Numbered from the stretch's first letter, positions 48,946 through 59,746 are shown. The stretch is 64,000 nucleotides of DNA from Syntrophales bacterium (GCA_963666365.2 CAXXNF010000002.1:1056001-1120000); one strand, 5' to 3'. Notes: generated by a model not told the origin, from the sequence alone. Made by a program: numbers and translations.

Positions 48946-49494
48946 CTAGAGAGAGGCATTCAGCTCGTCCCCTGATTCATTGATTTCATTGTCCCCCGTG
49001 AGCTGTTTTTTCAGTTTTTCGATTTCCTTACGCGCCCTTACAAGATCATCCGTGGTAATTTTCAGGCGTTCGACAAGAATTTCCGAGAAAATACGATAGA
49101 GCATACAGGAAAATACAAGCTTATCTTTTCCCGCTAACTTCTCCAAAGCTGCCACATCCGTTGCAATACACACCGTCTCGCTTACCGCATAGGCGGAGGC
49201 CGAGCGGGGCGCCCCTCCCGCCGCCGCCATCTCACCGAAAATATCGCCCCTTCGCTTAATAAGCGTGACCTCTCTATTGTCTTTCACGATCCTGACAGAT
49301 CCCGATAAGAGCAGATAGAGGAGAGTATCGCGGTTTCCCTCATCAATGATATATTCCCCGGCGTCATATCGATTGATTGTGCTCAACTTCAGAGCGCCTT
49401 GAAACTCTTCTTCCGAGAAGGATTTTAAAATCGGCAGCTCTCGAACTTGTGACATCAACTCCTGACTCAGCTCGACAAAGTTCGATTGAAGCAT
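48946..49494 (-). CDS. Cyclic nucleotide-binding domain protein
   Basis: GDIFGEMA...PRSASA phosphate-binding cassette; no HTH. Confidence 0.88.
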   Translation of the reverse strand: MLQSNFVELSQELMSQVRELPILKSFSEEEFQGALKLSTINRYDAGEYIIDEGNRDTLLYLLLSGSVRIVKDNREVTLIKRRGDIFGEMAAAGGAPRSASAYAVSETVCIATDVAALEKLAGKDKLVFSCMLYRIFSEILVERLKITTDDLVRARKEIEKLKKQLTGDNEINESGDELNASL

Positions 49495-49611
49495 CGTTTT
49501 ATTCCACCTTTCTTCTGCCGTATATAGTGAACTCTATTACACCAAAAAGGGCATCTATATCAATAAGTGAGGCGAAGCGACACTATGATCTTGCCTGTTC
49601 CCCCTTCAGTC

Positions 49612-50439
49612 TCATAGCTCGATGCTGTCAAAAGGGCGTAGAATTCTGATGGTCGCCTTCGGCACCGATGCCCCTATGCGCTCTATAAAGGACTTCATTT
49701 TTAAAAAAGGAAGTGAAGCTACGTACCCGTCTTTTCCAACCGGAAGGGTAAAATCATCAAAGTGGAAGGGGATGATAAGCGACGGCTTCAACATCTGCAG
49801 GAGGGATGTCGTGTATTCTGCTGCATATTCCCATCCGGGAACACACAGGCACAGCACGTCACACCATCGCCCTTCAAGTTCCGATTCGATAAAGTTCGCA
49901 CTCCCCACATGAATAAAGGAAATCCCGTCGATTTCAAGATGCGGCATAAACATCCCGCCCAATCGATACTCTTTCGCCTTCAAGGGAAGACGGGCTGAGG
50001 GATCTATTTCACCGGGGTAGGGCACCTTTCCCATAAGCACCCTCCCGTGACAGGAAGGAATCATGGTCACGGCGGCGGCGCTGATTTGAATACGTTCATT
50101 ACCCTTACATACGATGACGCGTTCCTCTTCACCATAGAACCCCATGAGCGTCTGAAGACTTTCGCTTCCAATGACCGGTCCTTCGCAATACTTTGCCATC
50201 AGCGGTATGTCCAGGGCATGGTCAAAATGCGTATGTCCGACAATGATCGCTGCGCAGGGCGCCGAGAGGGATTCGGCATAGGCGCCGACGCTGTCTTCGC
50301 GGGGGGTGAGGAATCCGAGAAAAATCTCTCGCTTCGACGGCCGGGAAAGATAGGGATCGATCAGCATCGTCCTTCCCTTCGCAGTGATTTCGCAGCCCGC
50401 CGTACCCAGCCATCGGAATGTCACCATTGCGCAGCTCAC
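49612..50439 (-). CDS. Metallo-beta-lactamase fold hydrolase
   Basis: WLGTAG, IDPYLSR, GHTHFDH and IPFHFD motifs. Confidence 0.9.
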   Translation of the reverse strand: MSCAMVTFRWLGTAGCEITAKGRTMLIDPYLSRPSKREIFLGFLTPREDSVGAYAESLSAPCAAIIVGHTHFDHALDIPLMAKYCEGPVIGSESLQTLMGFYGEEERVIVCKGNERIQISAAAVTMIPSCHGRVLMGKVPYPGEIDPSARLPLKAKEYRLGGMFMPHLEIDGISFIHVGSANFIESELEGRWCDVLCLCVPGWEYAAEYTTSLLQMLKPSLIIPFHFDDFTLPVGKDGYVASLPFLKMKSFIERIGASVPKATIRILRPFDSIEL

Positions 50440-50446
50440 TCCCTTT

Positions 50447-52366
50447 TTAACTGGATCTCAAAAACCAGATCGTTGCCGCCGATTCGTCAAATAAGGCGGA
50501 CCCATCCTCAATTGCATTGAGTGCCTCCCAACTGCGCGCAATCATTTCAGACGTTGGATACAGGGAATCGGAAGAGATTCTCAATCCCTTCCCGACCATG
50601 ACCTCGGCCCTGTTGAAAGCGCCGGCCGAGGCATTAATAATCAGTCCCGTTTCACTGCATGCGTCCGATGCAAGGTAGAGCACCATGGCCGATACCATCC
50701 GCGGGTCCATCTTCTCCGCCTGCCCCTCCGGCATGACATCCGCGTTCATGCGCGTCGCCGCGAGGGGCGCAATGGTATTCACGGTGATGCCATAGGGTGT
50801 TGCCTCGCGGGAAAGCGCCCTCATAAGACCAATGAGTCCCATTTTTGCGGCGCCGTAGTTTGACTGCCCGAAATTACCGTAAAGACCTCCCACTGAAGTG
50901 GTCATAATGATTCTTCCGTATCCCTGAGCTGCCATATGCTCAAAGGCCGCCTGCGTGACATGAAAGGCGCCGTTCAGGTGCACATCGAATACGGCACGCC
51001 AGTTTTCGATGGTCATCTTTACGAAACTCTTGTCCCGTATGATTCCTGCGTTATTTATCAGAATATCGACTTTGCCGAAGGCATCGAGCGCCCTTTTTAC
51101 AATCGCCCGTCCTCCCGCAACCGTCGCGACGGAATCGCACTGGGCTACAGCCGTTCCTCCGAAGGCTCGTATTTCCTGCACCACTCGCTCCGCCGCGGTT
51201 CCAGTGCCTTCTCCCGCCCCGTCTCTGGGCACCCCGTAATCATTTACCACGACAAAGGCGCCTCGCCGGGCGAGTTCCAGGGCATACACCCTGCCCAGCC
51301 CTTCTCCGGCGCCGGTGACAATTGCCACCCGGCCGTCGAAGCGGATGTCATCTTTCGGTAAGCGTTGTGTGGGTAAATTCCCGGAGGCCTCAATCGATGG
51401 TGTGGAAAAATCCACTATCTTTTCGAAAAGTTCACCGATCATGCCGTCCTGATCCCAGTAAGGGACCGCATTATCAAGTCGTGAAATTTCCGCCCATGCC
51501 TGTGCAACATCTTCCACGTCTACAGAAGCGCCATTAATTTCCGGGACATGACTTTTCCCTGTCAAAACGGCGGCCCTGGCATAGGTTCCCGCCCCGGCTG
51601 CATATATCTTTCCCGATTCGGCGCATTCTTGTGATGAAAGACAGACCGCCATGGGAGAAACATAGGCCGGATCAATATCCCGTCGGTCGTTCCCGGCATG
51701 CGGCACACCCATTGTGGAAGGTAAGATCAGCGGAATGAGAACATTGACCCCGATATTGTATTTTCTTCCCTCAAGCTTGATCACGTTCATAAGACCGACA
51801 CAGGCCATGGACGCGGCACTTCGCATCGCACCCCCCGATGACCCAAACAGTATGGTCTCGGGTAAAACAAACACTATTCTTCCAAAATTATTTTCACGCA
51901 TCGCTCTGAATGCGGGTCGGCACAGAAAAAATGCTTCTTCAATAGGTTCGATCGTGCCGGTATGCCAGGACACTGGCGTAATATCGGTGAAGGAACCGCC
52001 GGATCGGGACACATCGGGCATATGGATCAGAATTTGAAGGGTTCCGGAATGTGTGAGCGCACCGGCGATCAGGGCCTCCCCCCCCTCATTCGACGCCTCG
52101 TACAGGACGGAATCGTATGTGCCATGCATTCCTTCAGCCCTGCTGATCATCTCGCTGTCCCGGCGTTCTGATCCTTTCTTCATGCCACGCACCACATAAC
52201 AGCCACGACTTTCCAGTTCCATCGCGATCCTATGGCCCAGATCCCCGCCTCCCGTGATCAGGGCCGTCTGCCCCTCAAAACGGATTGAATGGTTCATGTC
52301 GTTATTCGAAACCATTGCCTGACCTTTCTCAGTATTTATAGCTGGCAGTAAGAATAATACATTCAT
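50447..52366 (-). CDS. Tandem SDR oxidoreductase (MFE-2 hydroxyacyl-CoA dehydrogenase-like)
   Basis: Second domain has TGAGEGLG, NNAGI and YGAAK; first domain is a degenerate copy. Confidence 0.88.
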   Translation of the reverse strand: MNVLFLLPAINTEKGQAMVSNNDMNHSIRFEGQTALITGGGDLGHRIAMELESRGCYVVRGMKKGSERRDSEMISRAEGMHGTYDSVLYEASNEGGEALIAGALTHSGTLQILIHMPDVSRSGGSFTDITPVSWHTGTIEPIEEAFFLCRPAFRAMRENNFGRIVFVLPETILFGSSGGAMRSAASMACVGLMNVIKLEGRKYNIGVNVLIPLILPSTMGVPHAGNDRRDIDPAYVSPMAVCLSSQECAESGKIYAAGAGTYARAAVLTGKSHVPEINGASVDVEDVAQAWAEISRLDNAVPYWDQDGMIGELFEKIVDFSTPSIEASGNLPTQRLPKDDIRFDGRVAIVTGAGEGLGRVYALELARRGAFVVVNDYGVPRDGAGEGTGTAAERVVQEIRAFGGTAVAQCDSVATVAGGRAIVKRALDAFGKVDILINNAGIIRDKSFVKMTIENWRAVFDVHLNGAFHVTQAAFEHMAAQGYGRIIMTTSVGGLYGNFGQSNYGAAKMGLIGLMRALSREATPYGITVNTIAPLAATRMNADVMPEGQAEKMDPRMVSAMVLYLASDACSETGLIINASAGAFNRAEVMVGKGLRISSDSLYPTSEMIARSWEALNAIEDGSALFDESAATIWFLRSS

Positions 52367-52527
52367 CCTATAAAACCAAGCGGTATATTCATCACGCTGA
52401 TTTAACAGACCCTGAACTCACACCACGTGATCATCGTGAACTCTTGAAGCGAGAGAGAGCAAATTCATCTTTCAATAGCGCTTTCAATATGGCAGTATCG
52501 TGCACAAGGACATATGGGTGCTGCGCG

Positions 52528-54279
52528 ATGTACGGCTGGTGCGGAAAAATTCTGAGGATCGACCTGACAACCAGGCATTTCTGCGCCGAAGAACCGGACG
52601 GCAAACTTCTGCATACCTGCATCGGCGGCAGAGGACTCGCGGGCCACTATCTTTCTCAGGAGACTGCCGGAAACTGGCACGATCCCTCCATGCCCCTCCT
52701 CTTATTTGCCGGACCGCTCGTCGATACGGCTTCTCCCACGTCGGGACGAATGACGATCATGGCGCGCTCGCCATTAACGGGGACAGTCGGAGACGCATCG
52801 GTAGGGGGAAATCTTGGAACGTTTATCAAAAAGGCGGGGTGGGACGGCGTAATCATCACAGGGAGGAGCGACTCTCTCTGTGGTATAGAAATCGATGATG
52901 GCACTGTATCCATTGTGGATGCCTCACATCTTGCCGGAATGAAAATCGGCGCCCTGTCACAACATCTGAAGGGAAAAGGAGCCGTTGCCGCCATCGGTCC
53001 CGCGGCGGAGAAGGGCGTACTTTTTTCGAGTGTAATTATAGACGGCCACTTTGCGGCGGGACGAAACGGCATCGGGTGCGTCTGTGCGTCAAAAAACATC
53101 AAGTACCTGCGCATAAGAGGTTCCGGCAGGACAGAGGTCTTTGATCAGAAAGAACTCATAAAGGCTCGCGAAGATATCACCCGCCTGATTGCCGCCTCCC
53201 CTGCCCTTCTCGGCGAACTTGGTCTTGGCCGTTACGGAACACCGGCGCTGTACGATTTGATGCACACACGGCGCATGATGCCCACCGATAATTTCAGAAA
53301 GACCCGTTTCGATCACGCGTCCTCCATGAATGCCTGTGCGCTGCACAGAACCTACCGCCCCCGCAGGGCTGGATGCCGTGGCTGTCACATCAATTGCAAG
53401 AAAATATCGCCTGAAGGAACGGTGATTCCGGAATTTGAATCACTTTCTCATTTCAGCGCCCTTCTGAGCAATCGGGATCTGTCGTCCGTCGTTGAAGCGA
53501 ACAGGATCTGCAATGAGCTCGGCATGGACACGATTTCGGCTGCCTCGACGCTTGCCTGCTACGCCGAAATTGAAGAAAGAGCCCTTGCGCCCGAAGAGAT
53601 CCTTGGTCTTTTACAGGATATCGGCCTGGGAAGAGGCATCGGCATCGCTCTGGGACAGGGATCGGCCCGCTATGCGGAATCGCAGGGCCGTCCGGAATGC
53701 TCCATGTCGGTAAAAGGACAGGAATTACCCGCCTACGATCCGAGGGGCGCCTACGGAATGGCACTTGCCTATGCCACGTCGACGCGTGGCGGATGTCACC
53801 TGCGCGCCTACCCGATCTCGCATGAGATTCTCAGAAAACCGGTGGCAACCGACCGATTCACCTTCAGCGGCAAGGCCCGCGTCATCAAAATCGCCGAGGA
53901 TCTCAACGCGGCCGTCGATTCTCTTACGGCCTGCAAATTCGTATTTTTTGCGGCTTCGCTGGAAGAATATGCACGCGTCTTTTCCGCCGTGACCGGGGTT
54001 TCTACGTCCGCCCAGGATCTTCTTAAGGCAGGAGAGCGGATATGCTACCGGGAACGAATCATGAATGCCGCACAGGGTTTTTCGGCAGATGACGACGATT
54101 TGCCCGACCGGTTCTTCACTAAAGAAGGATCGAGCGGAAACAATATTTCAATACCGCCCCTTGACCGAAAGGATTTTCTGGAAGCACGATCGAATTATTA
54201 TAAGATTCGAGGGCTCAGTAACAGGGGGATGCCTACGGAAGAAAAGGCAAAGGAGCTGGGGCTTTCGTGGAATCAATGA
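52528..54279 (+). CDS. Aldehyde:ferredoxin oxidoreductase family (W/Mo-pterin)
   Basis: SPLTG, AAGRNG, CRGCHINC, LGMDTIS, PAYDPRG and RGGCH motifs. Confidence 0.92.
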   Translation: MYGWCGKILRIDLTTRHFCAEEPDGKLLHTCIGGRGLAGHYLSQETAGNWHDPSMPLLLFAGPLVDTASPTSGRMTIMARSPLTGTVGDASVGGNLGTFIKKAGWDGVIITGRSDSLCGIEIDDGTVSIVDASHLAGMKIGALSQHLKGKGAVAAIGPAAEKGVLFSSVIIDGHFAAGRNGIGCVCASKNIKYLRIRGSGRTEVFDQKELIKAREDITRLIAASPALLGELGLGRYGTPALYDLMHTRRMMPTDNFRKTRFDHASSMNACALHRTYRPRRAGCRGCHINCKKISPEGTVIPEFESLSHFSALLSNRDLSSVVEANRICNELGMDTISAASTLACYAEIEERALAPEEILGLLQDIGLGRGIGIALGQGSARYAESQGRPECSMSVKGQELPAYDPRGAYGMALAYATSTRGGCHLRAYPISHEILRKPVATDRFTFSGKARVIKIAEDLNAAVDSLTACKFVFFAASLEEYARVFSAVTGVSTSAQDLLKAGERICYRERIMNAAQGFSADDDDLPDRFFTKEGSSGNNISIPPLDRKDFLEARSNYYKIRGLSNRGMPTEEKAKELGLSWNQ

Positions 54280-55424
54280 TGTACAAATATGAGCAAAAGC
54301 TGAGTGAGGCGGGCCTTACCGAAGAGGGAGCGCCCCTCATGGGGGTGCTCGATGCGGAACTTCTGTGGAGCAGGCGCAATCGACACACCCCGTTTCTTGA
54401 AAGACTCTTTAAGGAACTGAATATCAGTTCTCTTCTGTTTTCCGAACCCAGAGAGCCCTATCGCACGATTATCGATCACCTCTGCCGCACTTCGGACGGA
54501 ACGATCTTTCCGGAAGACTGTGAAACGCGCACATTTCTACATGATCTCCCCGTGGCCGGGACACTCAGTGCTGCAGAGATCGCGGCCTTTCTCAAACACC
54601 GCAAGTGCGTTCTGATTCCGGGACATGGCATTATCACCTTTGGGACGGTCAGTCCCGAACAGGCGTTTATCACGTACAGTTCCGTCTGTTTTGCCGTCTT
54701 TGTAAAATTTTTTTCGGACATGCTCTACAGAAAAAAGCGGGGCACGATTTCCCTTGAAGAATTAAAGATTTTCAGACGGGTGCGCACTATGCTCGATGCA
54801 CCTGTTTCCAATGCTCCCCTGCTCGCCCAGTCCCCTTTCTCCGACGAAAAAGAAGTGCTGCGTGTTATTGAGGAAGCAGGGAAAGAAGTGGTGCGGTACG
54901 GTCTCGTGGATTCTTACTTCGGCAATATCTCTTACTGTTTCCAGGGTACGCTCTATATAAGTCAGACCAGCAGTTCCCTCGACGACCTTGCCGGGTGCAT
55001 CGATCCCTGTCCTCTCGACGGATCATCCTGTGCAGGCATCACTGCCTCGAGCGAACTCCCGACCCACCTGGAAATCGTTAATAATTCCAACTCAAGGGCA
55101 ATCCTTCACGGACACCCGAAATTTTCTGTGATTATCTCGATGGACTGCGACCGTGACGACTGCCTGGCTCGAGGTCTCTGCCATCGGCGCTGCCCCGAAA
55201 GACGGCTTCTCGACGACATTCCTATTGTACCGGGCGAGGTGGGTACGGGTCCCTTCGGCCTCTGCACCACCGTCCCCGATGCCGTCCTTGAGGCCTGCGG
55301 CGCCATCGTCTATGGCCACGGGGTTTTCACCACAAGCAAATCCGACTTCAACGAGGCCTTTTCCCGTCTGCTGAATATAGAAAACAGGTCCCGAGAAGAA
55401 TACTTTCGGCGATTCGACGAATAA
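54267..55424 (+). CDS. Class II aldolase/adducin-domain protein with a Cys-rich insert
   Basis: GNIS, ASSELPTH, LHGHP and YGHGV motifs; overlaps the AOR stop. Confidence 0.8.
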   Translation: MESMMYKYEQKLSEAGLTEEGAPLMGVLDAELLWSRRNRHTPFLERLFKELNISSLLFSEPREPYRTIIDHLCRTSDGTIFPEDCETRTFLHDLPVAGTLSAAEIAAFLKHRKCVLIPGHGIITFGTVSPEQAFITYSSVCFAVFVKFFSDMLYRKKRGTISLEELKIFRRVRTMLDAPVSNAPLLAQSPFSDEKEVLRVIEEAGKEVVRYGLVDSYFGNISYCFQGTLYISQTSSSLDDLAGCIDPCPLDGSSCAGITASSELPTHLEIVNNSNSRAILHGHPKFSVIISMDCDRDDCLARGLCHRRCPERRLLDDIPIVPGEVGTGPFGLCTTVPDAVLEACGAIVYGHGVFTTSKSDFNEAFSRLLNIENRSREEYFRRFDE

Positions 55425-55436
55425 TGATCGGATCTT

Positions 55437-56216
55437 TTACAGAACGATCGTCCCTTTGAGATACAGCACCGCCTCGCCTGCAATCGAAACCCGTTCTCCC
55501 TGATCGCGGCAGAACAGCTCTCCTCCTCGTTTTGACAACTGTCGTGCGTGAAGCTCTTTTTTCCCCAGCCTTTCAGACCAGTACGGAATGAGGGTGCAAT
55601 GGGACGAGCCCGTCACAGGATCTTCCGGAACACCGACCCTGGGTGCAAAAAACCGCGAGACAAAGTCACAGCTCGACCCCGGCGCCGTGGCGATGATGCC
55701 GACGCATTCGAGCGCGGCAAGCCTCATAATATCGGGCTTCATAGTGTGTATCACCGCTTCCGATTCAAACACAGCCAGATAGTCTCGTGCACACCGAACT
55801 TCCAGGGGCCGTTCCCCCAAACCCTCGGTCAATGCTGCGGGGATATCGCAGGGAGATGCCGGTCTGGCGGGAAAATTCATCGCCAGACGGGCACCTGTTT
55901 TTTCTACGCTGAGCAATCCGCTTCTCGTTTCGAAATCGATCCTGTCGAGCTCAGGTTCATAAAAATTGAAAATTACAAAGGCGCTTGCCAGCGTTGCATG
56001 ACCACACAGATCAATTTCAATTTCCGGCGTAAACCAGCGAAGCTCGTAGGTGGTGGTACTCTTGACCAGAAAGGCCGTTTCGGCCAGGTTGTTCTCCGCG
56101 GCAATGGCCTGCATTGTCTCGTCGGGAAGCCTTGAATCGAGCATGCAGACTCCTGCCGGATTTCCCCGGAATATGATTCCCGTAAAGGCGTCTATCTGAT
56201 AAAAAGACACTTTCAT
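55437..56216 (-). CDS. PhzF-family epimerase/isomerase
   Basis: DAFT, GNPAGV, ETAF, LCGHATLA and EDPVTGS motifs. Confidence 0.93.
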   Translation of the reverse strand: MKVSFYQIDAFTGIIFRGNPAGVCMLDSRLPDETMQAIAAENNLAETAFLVKSTTTYELRWFTPEIEIDLCGHATLASAFVIFNFYEPELDRIDFETRSGLLSVEKTGARLAMNFPARPASPCDIPAALTEGLGERPLEVRCARDYLAVFESEAVIHTMKPDIMRLAALECVGIIATAPGSSCDFVSRFFAPRVGVPEDPVTGSSHCTLIPYWSERLGKKELHARQLSKRGGELFCRDQGERVSIAGEAVLYLKGTIVL

Positions 56217-56322
56217 GATCAGTGTTTTTCTCCTCTCACAGCTATAGGGTTGTTGCAGCAAATCGGAAAATAAGGTAATGTACTTGCTACACTTTTTTGT
56301 TTCTAGTACAGGACCGCGAATT

Positions 56323-57135
56323 ATGACATGTTCAAAACTTTATATAATAGTTGTTGTTATCGTTCTATCTCTTTGTATCGTATCATGTGCCACCGTCCCC
56401 ATTACGGGAAGACAGCAACTCAGCCTCGTTCCCGCGTCAAACATGCTGTCCATGAGCCTGCAGCAGTACGATGATTTTCTGAAAAAAAACAAAGTCAGCA
56501 CCAATGCCGCACAGGTCCGGATGGTGAAACGGACGGGCGGACGGATTCAGCAGGCGGTCGAACGGTTTTTTACCGAAAGGGGAATGTCACAGGAACTTCG
56601 AAACTACGAATGGGAATTCAACCTTATTGAAAGTGACGAAGTGAACGCCTGGTGCATGCCCGGTGGAAAAGTCGCGGTCTATACAGGAATTATGCCGCTC
56701 GCACGCGATGAAAATGGACTGGCGGTGATCATGGGGCACGAGATTGCCCACGCCGTCGCCGGTCATGGCGGGGAACGCATGAGTCATCTGCTTGTCGTCC
56801 AGATGGGCGGTATCGCCCTCTCAGCAGCGCTCTCCCAAAGTCCTCAGCTCACACAGCAATTGTGGTCAACCGCCTTCGGTCTGGGCGCCCAGGTCGGGTT
56901 GATCCTTCCCTACAGCCGTCTGCAGGAACATGAAGCGGATCGTCTCGGCTTGATATTCATGGCTATGGCCGGTTATGCACCCGATGTCGCCGTACCCCTC
57001 TGGGAGCGTCTGGCTGCCCAGAAAAGCGGAAGCGCGACGCCGGCATTTCTGAGCACCCACCCCACCGACGCCTCGAGGATCGCCGAGATCAGGTCCAGCC
57101 TTCCCGAGGCGTGGCGTTATTACAGAAAACCGTGA
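56323..57135 (+). CDS. M48-family metallopeptidase lipoprotein
   Basis: Lipobox IVSC, NAWCMPGGK, HEIAH, EHEAD and STHP motifs. Confidence 0.93.
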   Translation: MTCSKLYIIVVVIVLSLCIVSCATVPITGRQQLSLVPASNMLSMSLQQYDDFLKKNKVSTNAAQVRMVKRTGGRIQQAVERFFTERGMSQELRNYEWEFNLIESDEVNAWCMPGGKVAVYTGIMPLARDENGLAVIMGHEIAHAVAGHGGERMSHLLVVQMGGIALSAALSQSPQLTQQLWSTAFGLGAQVGLILPYSRLQEHEADRLGLIFMAMAGYAPDVAVPLWERLAAQKSGSATPAFLSTHPTDASRIAEIRSSLPEAWRYYRKP

Positions 57136-57156
57136 GTCTTGCATTACCATTAAAAC

Positions 57157-57915
57157 CTATCGTCCGAAGACCTTTTTTAATAGCTCCGTGGTCCGTTTGG
57201 CCGGGTTTTGACGGATCGCCGCTTCTTCCTTCGCCAGGTAATAAAAGATGCCGTCCATGCCCTTTTCAATCACATGTCCGGTGAGATCGGCCCTGACATC
57301 GGGCGCGAAGGGAATTGACTTATACTGGCCCACTGCCGCGTCATAGGCCGCAATCGCCCCGACATCGGAAAGACTGTCTTCCACCACGGGCCTCATCTCT
57401 GCAGCAAGCGAATCGGACATTTTTTCTTTGAAATACTGCGTGGCCGCATCATCGGGTCCTTTATAAATGCCCATGACATCATCCAGCGTCATTTCCTTTA
57501 TGGAAGCAATAAAAAGCGCTTTCGCCCTGGGCGCGGCTTCTTCGGCAGCCCTGTTCAGCCGCAGTTCCAGATCGTCAAGCATCGACGACATGCCGATTTT
57601 ACTCAACGCCGACTGAACCGTCCGGAAGCTCTGTGGAAGCGGTATATGAATGAAGCTGTCGGCATTGAAGCCGTCCTTTGCGCCCAGCTGCTTCACTACC
57701 CGTGATGTGCCTACTGCAAGGGCCTCTTTGAGACCGGAGGCAATGTCACTCTCTGTGAGGCTGCGTTCTTTCGGCGCTGCCCTGTTCACTTCTTCCAGCA
57801 TACTCTTTGCCTTGCCGAACCAATCGATCGCCTCTGTCGCCGACACACAACAGAGCAGCACAATACTGAGGGTCAGCACGAATGCAACGGCCCATGCGCG
57901 CACGGTATCTTTCAT
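57157..57915 (-). CDS. DUF4197 family exported protein
   Basis: GLKEAL, LNRAAEEA, DAATQYF and EEAAIRQNP...LLKKVFG motifs; AAGGAG RBS. Confidence 0.9.
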   Translation of the reverse strand: MKDTVRAWAVAFVLTLSIVLLCCVSATEAIDWFGKAKSMLEEVNRAAPKERSLTESDIASGLKEALAVGTSRVVKQLGAKDGFNADSFIHIPLPQSFRTVQSALSKIGMSSMLDDLELRLNRAAEEAAPRAKALFIASIKEMTLDDVMGIYKGPDDAATQYFKEKMSDSLAAEMRPVVEDSLSDVGAIAAYDAAVGQYKSIPFAPDVRADLTGHVIEKGMDGIFYYLAKEEAAIRQNPAKRTTELLKKVFGR

Positions 57916-57955
57916 TTTCGCTCCTTGGTTCATGGATCCCGATCGTCGATTGTTC

Positions 57956-58381
57956 CTAATCGGTAAATCCTTTTTTCTGCATCTCCCTCTGCTTTTTGAA
58001 AAGCGCCATGCCGGTCCGGAGTCTCCTGAATCCGAAATGTTCGTAGAATCCTTCTTTCCCCGGCGATGAATAAAGCATAATATTCTGACCGGAAATTCGT
58101 TCCAGAAGAGACTCCATGATCTGCCTCCCGATGCCTCTTCCCTGCCACTCCGGCAGAACTGCCACATCGTAGATGACCGATTGATAGGCGCCGTCCGACA
58201 GGGCACGTCCCGTTGCAATTACTCCCGAATCGTTAAGCACAAAAATGACTGCACGACTTCCCTCAAAGGCCCTTTTAAGCAGGTCGGGCGGATAGGCGGT
58301 GAGACCGGCCTTGTAAATTACCCTATGTATCCTGAGCCAGTCAATGCCCTCACAATCAAATTTCAGCGTAATATCATCCAT
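57956..58381 (-). CDS. GNAT-family acetyltransferase
   Basis: GRALSDG, VAVLPEWQGRGIG and FYEHFGF motifs. Confidence 0.9.
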   Translation of the reverse strand: MDDITLKFDCEGIDWLRIHRVIYKAGLTAYPPDLLKRAFEGSRAVIFVLNDSGVIATGRALSDGAYQSVIYDVAVLPEWQGRGIGRQIMESLLERISGQNIMLYSSPGKEGFYEHFGFRRLRTGMALFKKQREMQKKGFTD

Positions 58382-58678
58382 CTGCCTGTCTGAATCCTTC
58401 GGCTGTTTGACTGCGCCATGAATTTCCCGTACAAAGAAATAGTCGTGGGCGCTTCCAAGAGGTGAAAGGTACGATCGGTTTTCCCTTGGGAGCTGAAATG
58501 TATGATACCGCAACGAAGGAAAAGAGGCAATCTTCCTTTTATGGGTGATGGGTGCATGGCTGCAGCTCATGAAAACTACAAAGCCCTTCGACGGTATCTA
58601 TAATATTTTATTGACAATCACACTGCAGAGGGGTAGAAACCTTTTTCTTCCGATCCTGCTGCCGTTAAAAGGAATCCT

Positions 58679-59746
58679 ATGGATAGAAAAAGCGTCTTAG
58701 TAGGGGTAAGCGGCGGTGTTGACAGCACCGTTGCCGCCTGTCAGCTCAAAACTGAAGGGTATCATGTGGAGGGGCTGTATATTGATAACGGATTTCCCGG
58801 CTGTGCCTCATCAGATGCAGCCGACGCATGTAATAAAATTAATATTCCTCTCCATACAGTATACGTCGCCCATGCGTTCAGGAAAGGCATCGTGGATTAC
58901 TTTGTGGCGGAGTATGCAGCGGGAAGAACGCCCAACCCCTGCGCAATATGCAATAAAGTGATTAAATTCAAATACCTTATTGAGGAAGCCGACAGACGCG
59001 GACTTCCCTACATCGCCACCGGTCACTATTGCCGAATCGAACATGACGACCTGCGGGGGATATTCAGCCTGCTCTGCGGCATCGATGCGAAAAAAGATCA
59101 GTCCTATTTTCTGTTTTGCCTGGGGCAGGAGGAATTATCACGCCTTATCTTTCCCAACGGCGGCACAACAAAAGAAGCAGTAAGGGCAACGTCCATTGCA
59201 GAAGGATTCGGCAGCGCATCGCCAAGGGAAAGCCAGGAGATCTGTTTTATTCCGGACAACGATTATCGCCGGTTTATCGAATCTTTTGCGACTGATATTC
59301 CCTTCAGACAGGGGGACATCGTGACCCTTCAGGGAGATATTGTGGGACGCCACCGTGGAATTCATACGGTTACAATCGGTCAGCGCAGGGGGCTCAATAT
59401 CGCGTCGGAACGGCCCTATTACGTGCTTTCGATTGACAAAGATCACAACAGAGTCATCGTCGGTCGGGATGAAGAGCAGTGGTGCAGTGGTCTTTCGGTA
59501 TCAGGCGTCTCCTGGATCGACCCCGGTTTCTCGAAAAACACTCCCCAGCGCGCATTTACCCGCATCCGCTATCGTCACAGAGGCGTCCTATCGTCAATCA
59601 CGCCCCTCACTGAAGATGGGCGTCGTGTAGCCGTCACCTTCGACTCGCCGCAGAAGGCGGCGGCGCCCGGTCAGGCCGCCGTCTTCTACGATGGCGACAG
59701 AGTGCTCGGCGGAGGTTGGATCGAGGAGGTAATCCCCAATGACTAG
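58679..59746 (+). CDS. mnmA: tRNA 2-thiouridylase
   Basis: SGGVDS, TPNPC, ATGHY, KDQSYFL, ESQEICF and PGQAAVFY motifs. Confidence 0.96.
   Translation: MDRKSVLVGVSGGVDSTVAACQLKTEGYHVEGLYIDNGFPGCASSDAADACNKINIPLHTVYVAHAFRKGIVDYFVAEYAAGRTPNPCAICNKVIKFKYLIEEADRRGLPYIATGHYCRIEHDDLRGIFSLLCGIDAKKDQSYFLFCLGQEELSRLIFPNGGTTKEAVRATSIAEGFGSASPRESQEICFIPDNDYRRFIESFATDIPFRQGDIVTLQGDIVGRHRGIHTVTIGQRRGLNIASERPYYVLSIDKDHNRVIVGRDEEQWCSGLSVSGVSWIDPGFSKNTPQRAFTRIRYRHRGVLSSITPLTEDGRRVAVTFDSPQKAAAPGQAAVFYDGDRVLGGGWIEEVIPND

Noticed and set aside
57916..58570. Long N-terminal extensions of the DUF4197 and GNAT ORFs implying extensive overlap
   Set aside because: Downstream starts at 57915 (AAGGAG RBS) and 58381 give typical family lengths with no overlap.
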